This document shows, one piece after another, positions 1 through 13,100 of a stretch of DNA of 64,000 bases. The notes under the pieces were generated by a model. It was not told the DNA's origin. It saw only the letters and a list, made by a program, of their open reading frames with translations, and did no database searches. The DNA is from Balanoglossus misakiensis (taxonomy: Eukaryota > Animalia > Hemichordata). The DNA lies in contig CM082590.2 in the NCBI GenBank assembly GCA_040954595.2, forward strand, positions 5,084,001-5,148,000, in the 5' to 3' direction. Each line of letters opens with the position of its first letter. Position 1 is the stretch's first letter. The position numbers and the translations under genes were made by a program.

Positions 1-3000
1 AAAACCATTATCCAATCCGCTTTACAATAAATACATAGTAAGAAAATGAGAAAATGTTACCAAAAAGAAGAGAAAAATACGTATAACCTCAAATGAAAAT
101 ATACAAATAGTGTCCATACTACAAAGTGCTAACAGTTCAGCGTGAAACAGACCCAAACGGTGTTCATTTACTTGCTGCTAAAAATGGAAACAGACACCTA
201 GAATTTACCAAAAAGGTAAGTTTTTAGGTCTGCCTTGAACTGTTTGTATGTTTCTGCTTTTCTCAATCCTATTGGTAATCCATTCCACCTTTTAGGGCCC
301 TGAACACTGAATGCCCTATCTGCGAAGGTTTTACGAAATGTTCTTGGAATCTCGTATGAACTTTCAGAATTACAACTTGACCGAAGTCCTACACGCCTGA
401 CTGCAGATGGAGTTAACATAGATATTAAGTACTCTGGTGCTTCATTACGATTGCATTTAAACATTAAACAACATATTTTATAATCAATTTTGAGATGCAC
501 ATGTAGCCAATGTAGAATTTTCAAGCATTCGGTGGCACTGTCATATTTACTTTTGTCCAGAATTGTCTTAGCTGCCATGTTTTGAATCCGCTGTAGTTTC
601 TTTATGTCACATTCCGGAAGTCCTGCATAAAGAGAGTTAGCATAGTCCAGATGTGAAAAAATCATGCCTGATGCTATGATTTTCCTTGCATCAAGATTCA
701 AGTATTGTTTAATTAGCTTCAATCTTTGTATATTTCCTGCTGCAATTGCGCACTTCCTCGAGATGTTCTTCCTCATCGACAGATGTTCGTCGAGATCAAA
801 GCCAAGGTATTTTATCACCGGCGACCGTTCGATGTCACATTCATTGACCGTTAACGTCTTCGACACAACCTTCTGCAGATGTACTCTTGACCCAAAACAT
901 ATGAATTCTGTTTTACTGTCATTCATCTTCAACCGATTTTCATCCATCCAGATTTTAACCTCCTTTAAACAGTCCTCGAGATCGTTCATTGTTACAAATT
1001 CCAGACTCCTAGACTTAGCTGGAAATAGACGTTTCAAGGCATGGTCATCTGCATATCCATGTATGTCAATTGATGTTGGTATCACATTTCTCAGAGTACT
1101 CGCATACACACTGTATAATGTTGGCCCAGCACAACTGCCTTGTGGTACGGAGAAGTCTTTGTTCCTAATGTCAGAGTAGGCATTTCCTACACATACCTTG
1201 AAACCTCTAGGTCTCAGATAAGATGAAAACCATTCCAATACATGTCCGTCGATACCATACAGTTGCTTTAAAACATTTAACAATACTTCGTGATCCACTG
1301 TATCGAAGGCCGCGCTTAAATCGATCGCGGCAAGAGCTGTGATTTTTTGTTCCTCCATTCCCCACAAAATATCGTCAGTTAACTTGAGCAAGGCAGTTTC
1401 ACAACTGAAATTCACTGTATAAGCTGACTGGTATTCTGGAAAGAGTTGACACCGTTTACAGTGTTCGTTAAATTGTTGTAACGCTATTTTTTCTAACACC
1501 TTAGAGAGAAATGCCAAATTGCTGACCGGCCTATAGTTTGATGAAATCAAATCTAGTCCAGTCTTCTTAAGCAACGGCCTGACCACTGCGTACTTCCACG
1601 CTTTCACAAACACACCTTGTTGTAGTGATGCGTTAATCAACTGAGTAATGTGTGGAACCATTCCTTTTAGCACGTCTTTAAGGAATTTTGTTGGTATGAT
1701 GTCCAGCTCACAGGATTTTGTCGGCAATTCTTTGATGATTTTTTCTACAGTGTCCTCATCCACTAGTTCGAATTGGTGGAAAGATGGGACTTCTCTGTAT
1801 GGCGGGATGTATTTGTTATTATTTGCCAACGATTCTCTGATTTTGAGTATTTTTTTGCAGGAAGAAATCGGCAAAGTCATTTGCTAGTTCTTCGTTTGAT
1901 TTCCCTTCTGGCATTGGGTTGATGTCTTTTTTTCCAATTAGGTTGTTAACGATTTGGTATAATTTCTTAGTGTCTGATCTTGACTCCAAAATCTTAGAAC
2001 TTATCGATTTTCTTTTTTCGGCTTTGATCATATAGTGCAGAGTGTTTCTACATCGCTTATAGGCAATCCACTGGTGAGATTGGCGATACTTTCTCCAGAT
2101 GTTTTCTCTATTCCTAAGTAGTTTCTTCTGCTCTTTTATGTCATCGTTGTACCAGATGTGGTGATTCCGCTCAACAACAGTTTTTATACGTTTTGGAGCA
2201 TGTTGATTTACGACTGTCATCAATTCATTACGAAGCTGGTCAGATATAGAATCAGCATCTTTGTTTGTATCTAAGGTGATGCAGTGTAGATCGCTAATGA
2301 AATCGTCCTTTCTTAAAGTTTCTGCTCTCAACCTCCTTCTTCTTCTTAACCCCTTCACGATCTCTACTGAGAACACCTGTTACAACTCTATGATCAGAGA
2401 GGAATGGTCCGGCATTAACTGTATGGATGTTGGTACGACTCACATTCTCAGTGATTATCAAGTCAAGGTGATGACCCTCTTTGTGAGTTGCAAAATCCAC
2501 TCCGATTTTCAATCCAATCGCTTCCACACTGTCAATGAAACTACACGCACCTGGATCTTCTTTATTATCTACGTGGATATTAAAGTCTCCCGCAATAAGG
2601 ATGTTATCATTTGCTGGAAGCCAGGACTCCAGTAAGATTAGAAAATCATCTATGAAATCGCTGACCGTTGACTTATTCTGTTGACTATAAGGTGGTCGAT
2701 AGACACCCAGTACATTCAAGTCCAGATCTTTACCTTTCACCCGCCAGTGATGATATTCAAATGATCTTAAAGTGGCTGATGTTATCGATTCCGAAACCAG
2801 CGAGGCCATCGTGACCAAGCTCAATCCACCACCTCTTCTGTTATCCCCGCGAAAAGAAGACAGCATGCACAGGCCATTGTTATTCAAATCACAACATTCT
2901 ATCCAGATGTGGTCTTTTGGTTGAAGCCATGTTTCCGTTATTACACAGATGTCTATTGTATTGTTAAACAAATGATCTCGTAGAAGCTCATCTTTGTTTT

Positions 3001-3495
3001 TGATTGAGTGTGCATTCCAGGTGGATATTTTCACTTGGCAGGAATTATTCATGAGCAAGTTATTTGTTGCTTCTATCAATGGAAGATTTGAGAAGTTGAT
3101 TCCCTTTTTTTCTTTGGTCTTTTTCCCGCCAGGTCTACCCCTCTTACGTCTTTTATGAATTTTGAGTTCCTTCAAAAGCCTTACTTGTTCTGGTTGTAGA
3201 TATGTTCGGTTTTTCCGTAGATCCAATTACTCAAATCTAGACCATTGTATTCTCTCACCGGGAATACGTTCCTTCTGCTGCTCAGCCACCATGATTTTCA
3301 TTTCATTTCCTTTACATCTTCGTTCCAGTTCAATACCACAAACTTGGACCATTAAATACAAGAATATTATCAACCGCATATTCATAGTACCTTGAGTCTG
3401 GAAATGGTACCTGGTAGCCGTTGTTTAAAGCAAAAATCCAAGGAAATTGTTCACGTTGTGTTGTATGTTGCTCTCATGCGGCGCCATTACATCAT
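1..3495 (-). mobile_element. CR1/L2-group LINE, near full-length ORF2 (APE endonuclease + RT), frameshifted; 3' tip just outside the window
   Basis: ORF 2294..3226 has APE motifs (TWNAHS, ITETWL, GVYRPP, GDFNIH, LDLII, SDH). 1819..2376 is the linker. 198..1880 has RT motifs (NYRPVSNL, DLSAAFDTVDH, VPQGS, YADD, KYLG) and the L2-like tail FADRAFSVQGPKRWNGLP. There are two frameshifts and a stop near 3227. The 5' end abuts the tandem unit at ~3500. Confidence 0.93.
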
Positions 3496-3896
3496 TTTTA
3501 TGATTTATGATACGCGCGTGTGTTGTTTTCATTTGAAGATGCCCTCTGTACAATACCTCAAACTGACAATGATATAAATGTTATAAAAGCCTAGACATCA
3601 GTTTAATTACCCCTTAAAAGAGCATTGGAATTAGCCAATCGAAGAACATCAATTATGAATCAAAGTTAAGAAATATGCGGAACCAATATTGACATTCAAA
3701 TGATTATGGTGGACTTCAGCAAGACAACTTTTTTTAGTCTCGCCAGCCAGACCTCTCTCTCTGTCATTCGACGGCATAGCCACACGAATTGCGCCACAAA
3801 CAGCGAGGCCGGGAGAATTGAGCGCCAAAGACGGCCTCGCCGCTTGTGGCGCACTTCGTGTGCGTGGTCGCGCGTCGACGGATAGCGAGGTCTGGC

Positions 3897-5957
3897 CACA
3901 GGGGGCTGCAAACATGAACGTTATAAATGGCGGAGTACGTTCCGTTCTGCGTTTTCCCAATCTGTCTTATCATTTGCTAATCCAGAATAAAAGCTATCCA
4001 TTTCCCATTATTCACCTGCTAACGACTTAATCTGTGTGCCCCATCCACGGTTAAGTTGATAAAGTAAACATCGGTCAGCGAGTACTGGGTATAACAAGAG
4101 GAAGGGAGGAAACTCGCTCAAGGCATGTCCGCAGTATCGTACTTTTCAAGCCATGCCTGTCAATTAAACAGTCATCATCAGTTTTGTTATGCTTAAAAAT
4201 GTGTGCAGCTCGCGCTGGTCGCGTGGAAATTGCTTCGTTGTCTCAAAAAACGTGACTGTACGTTCACTTGGCGATGTCCAGAGGTCGCCCGTAAACCCGG
4301 ATACCACTTTTGACCTTTGACTGTTTATTTCAAGACCACGTGAGCATCAGGGGTAAACAAATTACCCATGCATAGCATGCAGCTGTGTTGTTTATGTTTG
4401 TTTCACCATGGACGTCCATGGTTTCACAAGTTGCTGACTAAAATCAAAGTGGCAAACTTTCCATATAGGCCTACAAAAATTGTTCTCCGAAGGCACAGAT
4501 ATAGATACGGGCGTCTGTTTCCGCAGAAATGGGCCTACAAACGCTCGTAGCAGCATAACATCTCAGCCTCGGACCCCAGACAAACGTCATTGATTCTCTA
4601 ACAACATGAACTGTGACGTTTTTCAAGGTCTATAAGTTACGATGACCGGTGGACGGTCATTGAAACCATTCCCGCAGGCAAACGATAAAATCAACAAATG
4701 TGCTGGCTCGCTTAGGACCGGTACACGTCCACGATCGTAACGTCGACTTTTCAAATCCACCTTTCTCGTATTGTCATTGATTTTACCCACCGATATTCTC
4801 ATGGGCCACCAGTACATGCACTTGTAATTTCGTTTTGCAAGAAAATAGTTCGGGTTGATGACATAGAACAAGGGTAAATTCGGTCAATTTTAATTCGACC
4901 TGTTCTACTTCACACAGGTGGCTATACGGGCCAGTTCATGTGATAACTCTATAAATATTGTAAAATCTGAATGTGCCGCCGAACAAAAACAGACGAGGCG
5001 CCAGGCAAAGCGGCTTTCGTGCATTAAACTTATACATATTCATGTATTTAGCTCCCTGTTGATTTATGAATATATGAATATTAAGTGGTATCCGGGTTTA
5101 CGGACATGCCTTGAGCGAGTTTCCTCTCTTCCTCTTCTTTTACATTCTCCACGCAGAGACTTGGAGTGGATAATTCTAGCCTAGCTAGGGGTTCTGACCA
5201 ATAGCCCCTAATAGTCTCTGCCACAAGCAAATTTAAATATTCCAAGCCGGACCTTCTTTCAGTCCTGCGCGAGCCCAGTTGGTTCAATAAATATGGCGGA
5301 CAGTTCCGGGTTTGAAGGGTCGTCAAGGGTGAACGATAGCACTTTCCAAACATGTCAATTTAGAGTCATAAGCTGCAATAACTTTCGCGATTGCGTCTGA
5401 AAAATCTATAGCAATGGGGGCAGCCATCTTGATTCGTCAATTCACATTTATGTAACCTAGGGCAGGATCTATGTTTTGCAAGTGTTCACGTATATATCAC
5501 GGATTCGAGGATCGACTTTGAAACTGGTTCATTTTTTAGTTCTCTTATTTTTTTGGGTACAAAATATTAAACTTAAAAAAGACAGGAAATGTATATTATA
5601 GAAAACGCGCAACACCCAAAAAGTAAAATGTCGCCTGTGGCAGAGACTAAATAGCGGCTATTGGTCGGACTCCCTAGCCAGGTTAGTCTCTGCGTGTTGA
5701 ATGCTTCTTTTACCGAGTGAGAACTGACCGATGTTTACTTTATCCACTAAATCGGTGGATGGGGCACACAGATTAAGTCGTTAGCAGCTGCTTTATGGGA
5801 AATGCGATAGCTTGTATTCTGGATTAGCAACTGATAAAATAGGTGGAGGTAACACAGAAAAATAAACAAGCACAAAGACTGTTCATCAAGTAATGTTTAT
5901 TGGGGGAAGATGCAGGAACTCTCCCATTTATAACTTTCATGTTTGCAGCTCCCTGTG
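3897..5957. mobile_element. Non-autonomous TIR DNA transposon inserted in the first tandem unit
   Basis: CACAGGGGGCTGCAAACATGAACGTTATAAATGG is inverted against CCATTTATAACTTTCATGTTTGCAGCTCCCTGTG. A subterminal IR pairs 3975-4080 with 5722-5830. Flanks GTCTGGC/GTCTGGT resemble a TSD. Empty sites occur in sister units near 10843 and 13785. A nested IR pair spans 5176-5686. Confidence 0.8.
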
Positions 5958-6447
5958 GTCTGGTCAGCGAGTAGTCTCGGTTACCCAGAGCCCTCTGCTT
6001 CTTCCGTTGGGCTCTCCAGAAAGAGGGTCTGGTGAAATACCAAAGACAAATCGATGGCCGACTTGAGACAAAAGGCGATGCCAAAGCCGTCCAGAAATAT
6101 CATGCAAGGGGTGGAGGGAACAGCGTTCAGCCGTCTCGATGGACTCTTGCACGCTCAAATGACGGATGCAACGTACCGAGTGTGTTGAAAACTGCATCTG
6201 TTCGCTCTGAACCTTTTGCGCAACCAAAGTCATCTAATTAATGCATCGGTACACAAAAACATACGACACAACCCAACACAGAACTCAGCACTCGGCATGA
6301 ACTGAAATCAGCAAATGCTTCAGCGAAGCCAGAGTTATGACCGTATGTACATGTATACCTATGTTCAGAAATGTGTGTTATTGATAATAAAACGTGTCAA
6401 CTGATGTGTGAGTGTAGAATAGAATTACTGTGATTACAGTAACTTAC

Positions 6448-6546
6448 TTTATCCTGCACATCGACGCTGGCATTGGATTGCAGTAGAAGTCTCACCAGGT
6501 CACCATGGCCATTCCGTGCTGCATGGTGTAACGGTGCCCAACCACC
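6448..6546 (-). CDS. Ankyrin-repeat gene, coding exon 6 (99 nt, phase 0-0): GGWAPLHHAARNGHGDLVRLLLQSNASVDVQDK
   Basis: ttgtattgccacag| acceptor and |gtaagt donor; 33 open codons matching the ankyrin consensus G-x-T/A-P-L-H-x-A-A-x-x-G-H. Confidence 0.92.
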
Positions 6547-9500
6547 CTGTGGCAATACAACAAAAAGGTGTCACTGAAAATCCCTGACTATAAGCGTAAA
6601 ATGGAACACGCAATGTTTCATAAAGCATGCAGTGTGAGACACATTCTGAACATTCATTTTTTGAGATGGCACAACATGCTTTGCCGAAACTTTGTTGTTG
6701 TTGTTGTTGTTGTTGTTTTGGGGGGATAAATTAATAGTAGGATACATCCCAGTCCCCCACGTAATGGACAAAAATGGATGATGTGGTGATATGGCTCTGT
6801 CCTTTGAGGGTACATTAACATCACAGCAATTCTTTTACTTGAGATTTATGATACGCGCGTGTGTTGTTTTCATTTGAAGATTCCCTCAGTACAATACCTC
6901 AAACTGACAATGATCTAAATATTATAAAAGCCTAGACAGCAGTTTCATTACCCCTTAAAAGAGCATTGGAATTAGCCAATCAAAGAACGCCAATTATGAA
7001 TCAAAGGTAAAAAATATGCGGAACCACTATTGACATTCAAATGATTATGGTGGACTTCAGCCAGACAACTTTTTTTAGTCTCGCCAGCCAGACCTCTCTC
7101 TCTGTCTCATTCGACGGCATTGCCACACGAAGTGCGCCACGAGCAGCGAGGCCGGGAGAATTGAGCGTCGAAGACGGCCTTCGCCGCTTGAGGCGCACTT
7201 CATGTGCCTGGTCGCGCCGTCGACGGAAAGCGATGTTTGGCCAGGGAGAAGAACATTTCTTTAGACTGAGTCAGTTTTGTAATGGTTCAGATGACAGTTT
7301 ATGAAGGAATCCAACTTTGTATCAGGGTTAAACGTTTACTTTCAATTTTAACAGCATGTGCTGAGTTGTCTGCTATCATCGTTATTACGTATCAGAAAAA
7401 TAGTGCAATTACGTGTAGTTTTGTAAGAACATCTAAATTCCCGCCGTGAGAGAGATGTGTCTGAGGGTTTGTTTACCTGCGAATTCATCAAAATGTTTTT
7501 TGGGTGTACATTCGGTTAATCTGATTTCCCGCGCTCTGTTGACGCATAAGCCTCACAAAAATTTTGCTATGTTTTATTCTCTTTTGTTCTAGTGAGTTTG
7601 AGACAATTTCTCTGTTATTCTTTGGTGAACCAGTGGTCTTCTTGGTGCTTGCCCATACGCGTTGTACTGTTGTTTATGTAGCAATTAGAGATGTAACTAG
7701 TCAAAACGGATTATGCTATACAAAGAATAGAACATATATTTCCATGGATAACGACCTAGTTATGTTTAATCTCTTCCATTGTGTTTGAAATATGTTTAAT
7801 GTTTCAACAACAGAGTTAAACCATGTTAGAGGAATTATCAGTTCGGACTTCATTGCTGAAAACCTAGTCTTTCTCAAACAGTAGGAATTATGCAGCACCT
7901 GATATGTGGGCGCAGAAGTCTTGATGGGTGAAACGTTTGAGGGATCTCAGCAAATATGGCATTCTATCAGAGACTGAATTTCTTTTTGGTTGGACGTTTT
8001 TTTTTTCTATTAACCCGCTGATGTACCTCAGCTTCCAAGTCGCCCAAAATGGTTGGGTTTGGTATGTAAAGTCGTTGTGTCCGTGTCAATTGAAATATCC
8101 AGAAATATCATGCAAGGGGTGAAGGAAACAGCGTTCAGCCGTCTCCATGGACTCTTGCACGCTCAAATGACGGATGCAACGCACCGAGTGTGTTGAAAGC
8201 TGCATCTGCTGGCTCTGAACCTTTAGCGCAACCAAAGTCATCTAAGTAATTAATGCATCGGTACACACAAACATACGACACAACCCAACACAGAACTCAG
8301 CACTCAACTGAACTGAAAGCAGCAAATGCTTCAGCGAAGCCAGAGTTATGACCGTATCTACATGTATACTCTTACACATCTGAATGTCAAGTTTGCATTG
8401 GTTTTCCGGCCGCCAAGCTGAAAGTTTTTGTTTCAGGGTTTTGACAAATATCTTTGGAGTAGGCAAGTGACAGGCAAAATCAGGAAACAGATAATGTCTC
8501 ATGACACGCGGCGACGGTGTGATTTTCAACATTACCTACACAGTCATAAATGGCGACAACAAGTAATGGGAAGGTATTTATAATAAAATTAGACATGACC
8601 ACAGCAACACGTGGCAAAGGCAAGCCAAATTCTAACAGGAACATTGCGATCGTACTGTTGAACTTGTAGGGCTTCCCAACAGCCAGTAATCTGGACTTAA
8701 TATCAACTGAAGACATAGCTGTGGAAACGCAGCTGTTCTGCTGGGGGGGGGGGAGAGATGCGGGGAATTAGTATATCCCCCCTTGGTGGAACAGCTGCAT
8801 TTCCACACTCAAAAACTCCGATTTTCAGAAATTTAATTCCACTTTGCTCGTGCAACGGAAGATCCAGAACGTGTTTTGCTTTCCAAAAATCTACGCTGGA
8901 CGCCCATTTGTGTAATACGCCCTTTACGGTAACAATAAACTGTACCCCGAAACGCCTAAACTAGATGATTTCATGTCTTCGTACCAACACAGAGAAATAA
9001 ACTGTCAGGTTTAATCCCCCTGAAATTTTTCCTTGCCTCAATGCAAAGTACAGAATGATTTTTCAAGACATTGACCAACCGCGGTATGGCAAGTGTCCAC
9101 GGCTGTTTACCCAACCTCGCGAAACTTTTTATAGGCTTATATTGAGCATTTGTGAACAGAGAAACAGTTAGGCGTAGGTCACACTATACATCGATATACT
9201 CGTGTCATCAATGGCGCGCGCGATTCAAGCGCCTGTACCACCTGTTGCAGTCGTCTCTACAACAAGCTGACTGACTAAATATACTTGGAATCGGACAACA
9301 GTGTGATAAGGTTTATCAGCGGAATCTAACCGACGTGCCAAGCTCAATGCAATGCAGGTCCGGGTTAATGCAGATTTGAGTCTTAGCAAGGCTGGCTTCT
9401 CTAGCTTGAGTGGTCGTCTAGTCGAGCGCTCTGCATGGATGATACACGTCCTCCTATACCAGCAAAATCCCCACTGCAGTCTACGCTACAGTGGGCTGCC

Positions 9501-10073
9501 TGGTTCATTAAAAAAATAATTCTAAAAACCGAATTTCAGGGATTTGTGAGCAATTTTTTTCCAACAAACAATGCACACAAGCGCAGCGCCACGAGAGCTT
9601 CCGTTTGAAGTTTTATAACTAGTTTGTATGATTTTATAATGTGGGACGGCATGCAGGCTATATATTTATTGATCATTACTGGAATAGAGGATTTCTTTCA
9701 TGCTGTTATCAGTAAGAGGGGTTCTCGTACATTGGTCCTATATTGCGATACACACAAACATTTACCTATAAATCTGCTGAACTTGATCTCACATTCAACA
9801 AAATCAACAACACTTCCTGCTCTGAATGATTGATTTCTTTTTGAAATCATCACAATTTGTGCCTTTGAAGAAAAAAATACATTGAAATATTAAATGTTGA
9901 AACAATCCATAATTTAACAAGGTTGTAAAGTCTGAGTCGTTGGGAACATGGCAGAGGGATAGTCGTCAACTATTTTATATTGACCTCAGTTCAAAAATGT
10001 GTGAGATTGATAATAAACCGTGTCAACTGATGTGTGAGTGTAGAATAGAATTTGTGTGATTACACTAACTTAC

Positions 10074-10172
10074 TTTATCCTGCACATCGACGCTGGCATT
10101 GGATTGCAGTAGAAGTCTCACCACGTCACCATGGCCATTCAATGCTGCATAGTGTAACGGTGCCCGACCATG
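10074..10172 (-). CDS. Ankyrin-repeat gene, coding exon 5 (99 nt, phase 0-0): HGRAPLHYAALNGHGDVVRLLLQSNASVDVQDK
   Basis: ttgtattcccacag| acceptor, |gtaagt donor, one full ankyrin repeat. Confidence 0.92.
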
Positions 10173-13007
10173 CTGTGGGAATACAACAAAAATGTGTCAC
10201 TGAAAATCCCTGATTATAAGCGTAAAATGGAACACACAATGGTTCATTAAGCATGCAGTGTTACACACTTTCTGAAACATTCATTTTTGAGATGGCACAA
10301 CATGTTTTGCCGAAACTTTTTTGGGGCGGGGGGGGGGGGGATAAATTGATAGTAGGATACATCCCAGTCCCCCAGTAATGGACATGAATGCATGATGAGG
10401 TGTTAGGGCAGTGTACTTTGAGGGTACATTGACATCACAGGTGTTCTTTTACTTGAGATTTATGATATGCACGTCTGTTATTTTCATTTGAAGATACCCT
10501 CTGTACAATACCTCCAACTGACAATGATCTAAATATTATAAAAGCCCAGACAGCAGTTTCATACCCCTTAAAAATGCATTGGAATTAGCCAATCGAAGAA
10601 AATCAATTATGAATCAAAGCTAAGAAATATGCGGAACCAATATTGACATTCAAATGATTATGGTAGACTTCAGCCAGACAACATTTTTTAGTCTCGCCAG
10701 CCAGACCTCTCTCTGTCATTCGATGGCATAGCCACACGAAGTGCGCCACGAGCGGTGAAGCCACAAGAATCGAGCATCGGAGACAACGTCGCCGCTTGTG
10801 GCGCCCTTTGTGTGTCTGGCCGCTACGTCGACGGGTGGCGAGGTCTGTCAGGCGAGTAGTCTCGGTTATCCAGAGCCCTCTGCTTCTTCCGTTGGGCACT
10901 GCAAACAGAATGTCTGGGGAAATACCATAGACAAATCCGCGCCGGGCAAAGATGGCCGACTTGAGACAAAAAGCGATGCAGAAGCGGTCCAGGAATATCA
11001 TGCAAGGGGTGAAGGGAACAGCATTCAGCCGTCTCGATAGACTCTTGCACGCTCAAATGACGGATGCAACGCACCGAGTGTGTTGAAAACTGCATCTGCT
11101 CGTTCTGAACCTTTAGCCCAACCAAAGTCATCTAAGTAATTAATGCATCGGTACACACAAACATACGACACAACCCAACACAGAACTCAGCACTCGGCAT
11201 GAACTGAAAGCAGCAAATGCTCGGGCGAAGCCAGAGTTATGACCGTATGTACATGTAGACTCATACACATCTGAATGTCAAGTTTGCATTGGCTTTTTTG
11301 GCTGCCAAACAGAAAGTTTGTTTCAGGGTTTTGACAAATATCTTTGGAGTAGGCAAGTGACAGGCGCGCATCAGGAAACAAATTATATCTCGTGAAACGC
11401 GGGGACAGTGGGATATTCACCATTACTTACACAGTCATCAACTTCGATAACATGTGGTGGGAAAGTATTTAAAATAAAATTAGACGTGACCATAGCAACA
11501 CGTGACAAAAGGCGAGCCAAGTTCTGACAGGAACATTGTGATCGTTCTGTTGAACTTGTAGGGCTTCCCAACAGCCAGCAATCTGGACTTATCAACTGAA
11601 GACATAGCTGTGGAAACGCAGCTGTTCTGCCGGGAGGGGGAGAGAGATGCGGGGAATTAGTATATCCCCTCCCCCGGTGGAACAGCTGCATTTCCACAGC
11701 TACTGAAGATCCGAAAAAGTTTTTTAATTCCACTTTGCTCGTGCAACGGAAGATCCGGAACGTGTTTTGCTTTCCAAAAATCTACACTGGACGCCCATTT
11801 GTGTAACACGCCCTTTACGGTAACAATAAACTTTACCAGGAAACGCCTACACTAGATGATTTCATGTCTTCGTACAAACACAGAGAAATAAACTGTCAGG
11901 TTTAATCCCCCTGAAATTTTTCCGTGCCTCAATGCAAAGTACAGACTATTTTTTCAAGACATCGACCTACCGTGTTATGGCAAGTGTCCACGGCTGTTTA
12001 GCCAACATCGCGAAACTTTTTATAGGCTTATATTGAGCATTTGTGAACAGAGAAACAGTTAGGCGTAGGTCACACTATACATCGATATACTCATGTCATC
12101 AATGGCGCGCGCGATTCAAGCGCCTGTACCACCTGTTGCAGTCGTCTCTACAACAAGCTGACTGACTAAATATACTTGGAATCGGACAACAGTGTGATAA
12201 GGTTTATCAGCGGAATCTAACCGATGCGCCAAGCTCAATGCAATGCAGGTCCGGGTTAATGCAGATTTGAGTCTTAGCAAGGCTGGCTTCTCTAGCTTGA
12301 GTGGTCGTCGCGTCGAGCGCTCTGCATGGATGATACACGTCCTCCTATACCAGCGCAAACCCCACTGCACTCGCTACGACCTAGTATGATGTTTAGATGC
12401 TGTCATGCCCAGTCTACGCTACAATGGGCTGTTTCCTTCATTCAAAAACTAATTCTAAAAATAGAATTTCAGGGATTTGTGGGCAATTTTTTTCCATAAA
12501 ACAATGCACACAAGCGCAACGCGACGAGAGCTTCCGTTTGAAGTTTTATAACCAGTGTGTACAATTTAATGTGGGGTGGCAGGCTATATATTGATTGATC
12601 ATTACTGGAATAGAGGATTTCTTTCATGCTGTTATCTATAAGAGGGGTTCTCGTTTATTGGTCCTATATTATAATACACACTAATATTTACATATAAATC
12701 TGCTGAACTTGATCTCTCATTCAACAAAACAAACAAATTAATTTCTCTTTTTAAATCATGACAAACTGTGCTTTTAAAGAAAAAAAACATTGAAATATTA
12801 ATTTTTTTAAGAATCCATAATTAACAAGACAGGCTGTCATTGGTAATATTATATTGTAACGTCTGGGTTGTTGGGAATAAGACAGAGGAATAGACGTTAA
12901 TTATTTATTTTTATTTACCTATGTTCAAAAATCTGTTATATTGATAATGAAACGTGTCAACTGATGTATGAGTGTAGAATAGAATTAGTGTCATTACAGT
13001 AACTTAC

Positions 13008-13100
13008 ATTATCCTTCACATCGACGCTGGCATTGGATTGCAGTAGAAGTCTCACAATGTCACCATGGCCATTTGCATTGTGTAACGGTGCCCAACCATT
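13008..13100 (-). CDS. Ankyrin-repeat gene, coding exon 4 (93 nt, phase 0-0, in-frame 6-nt deletion): NGWAPLHNA--NGHGDIVRLLLQSNASVDVKDN
   Basis: ttgtattccctcag| acceptor and |gtaagt donor; paralog of the 99-nt exons lacking two codons. Confidence 0.85.

Noticed and set aside
664-2635. Plus-strand ORFs of 171, 79 and 124 aa
   Set aside because: Antisense shadows of the LINE ORF2.
3897-5957. Transib/ProtoRAG element (CACAG start)
   Set aside because: No CACAGTG heptamer or nonamer, no 5-bp TSD abutting the CAC ends, and no RAG-like ORF.
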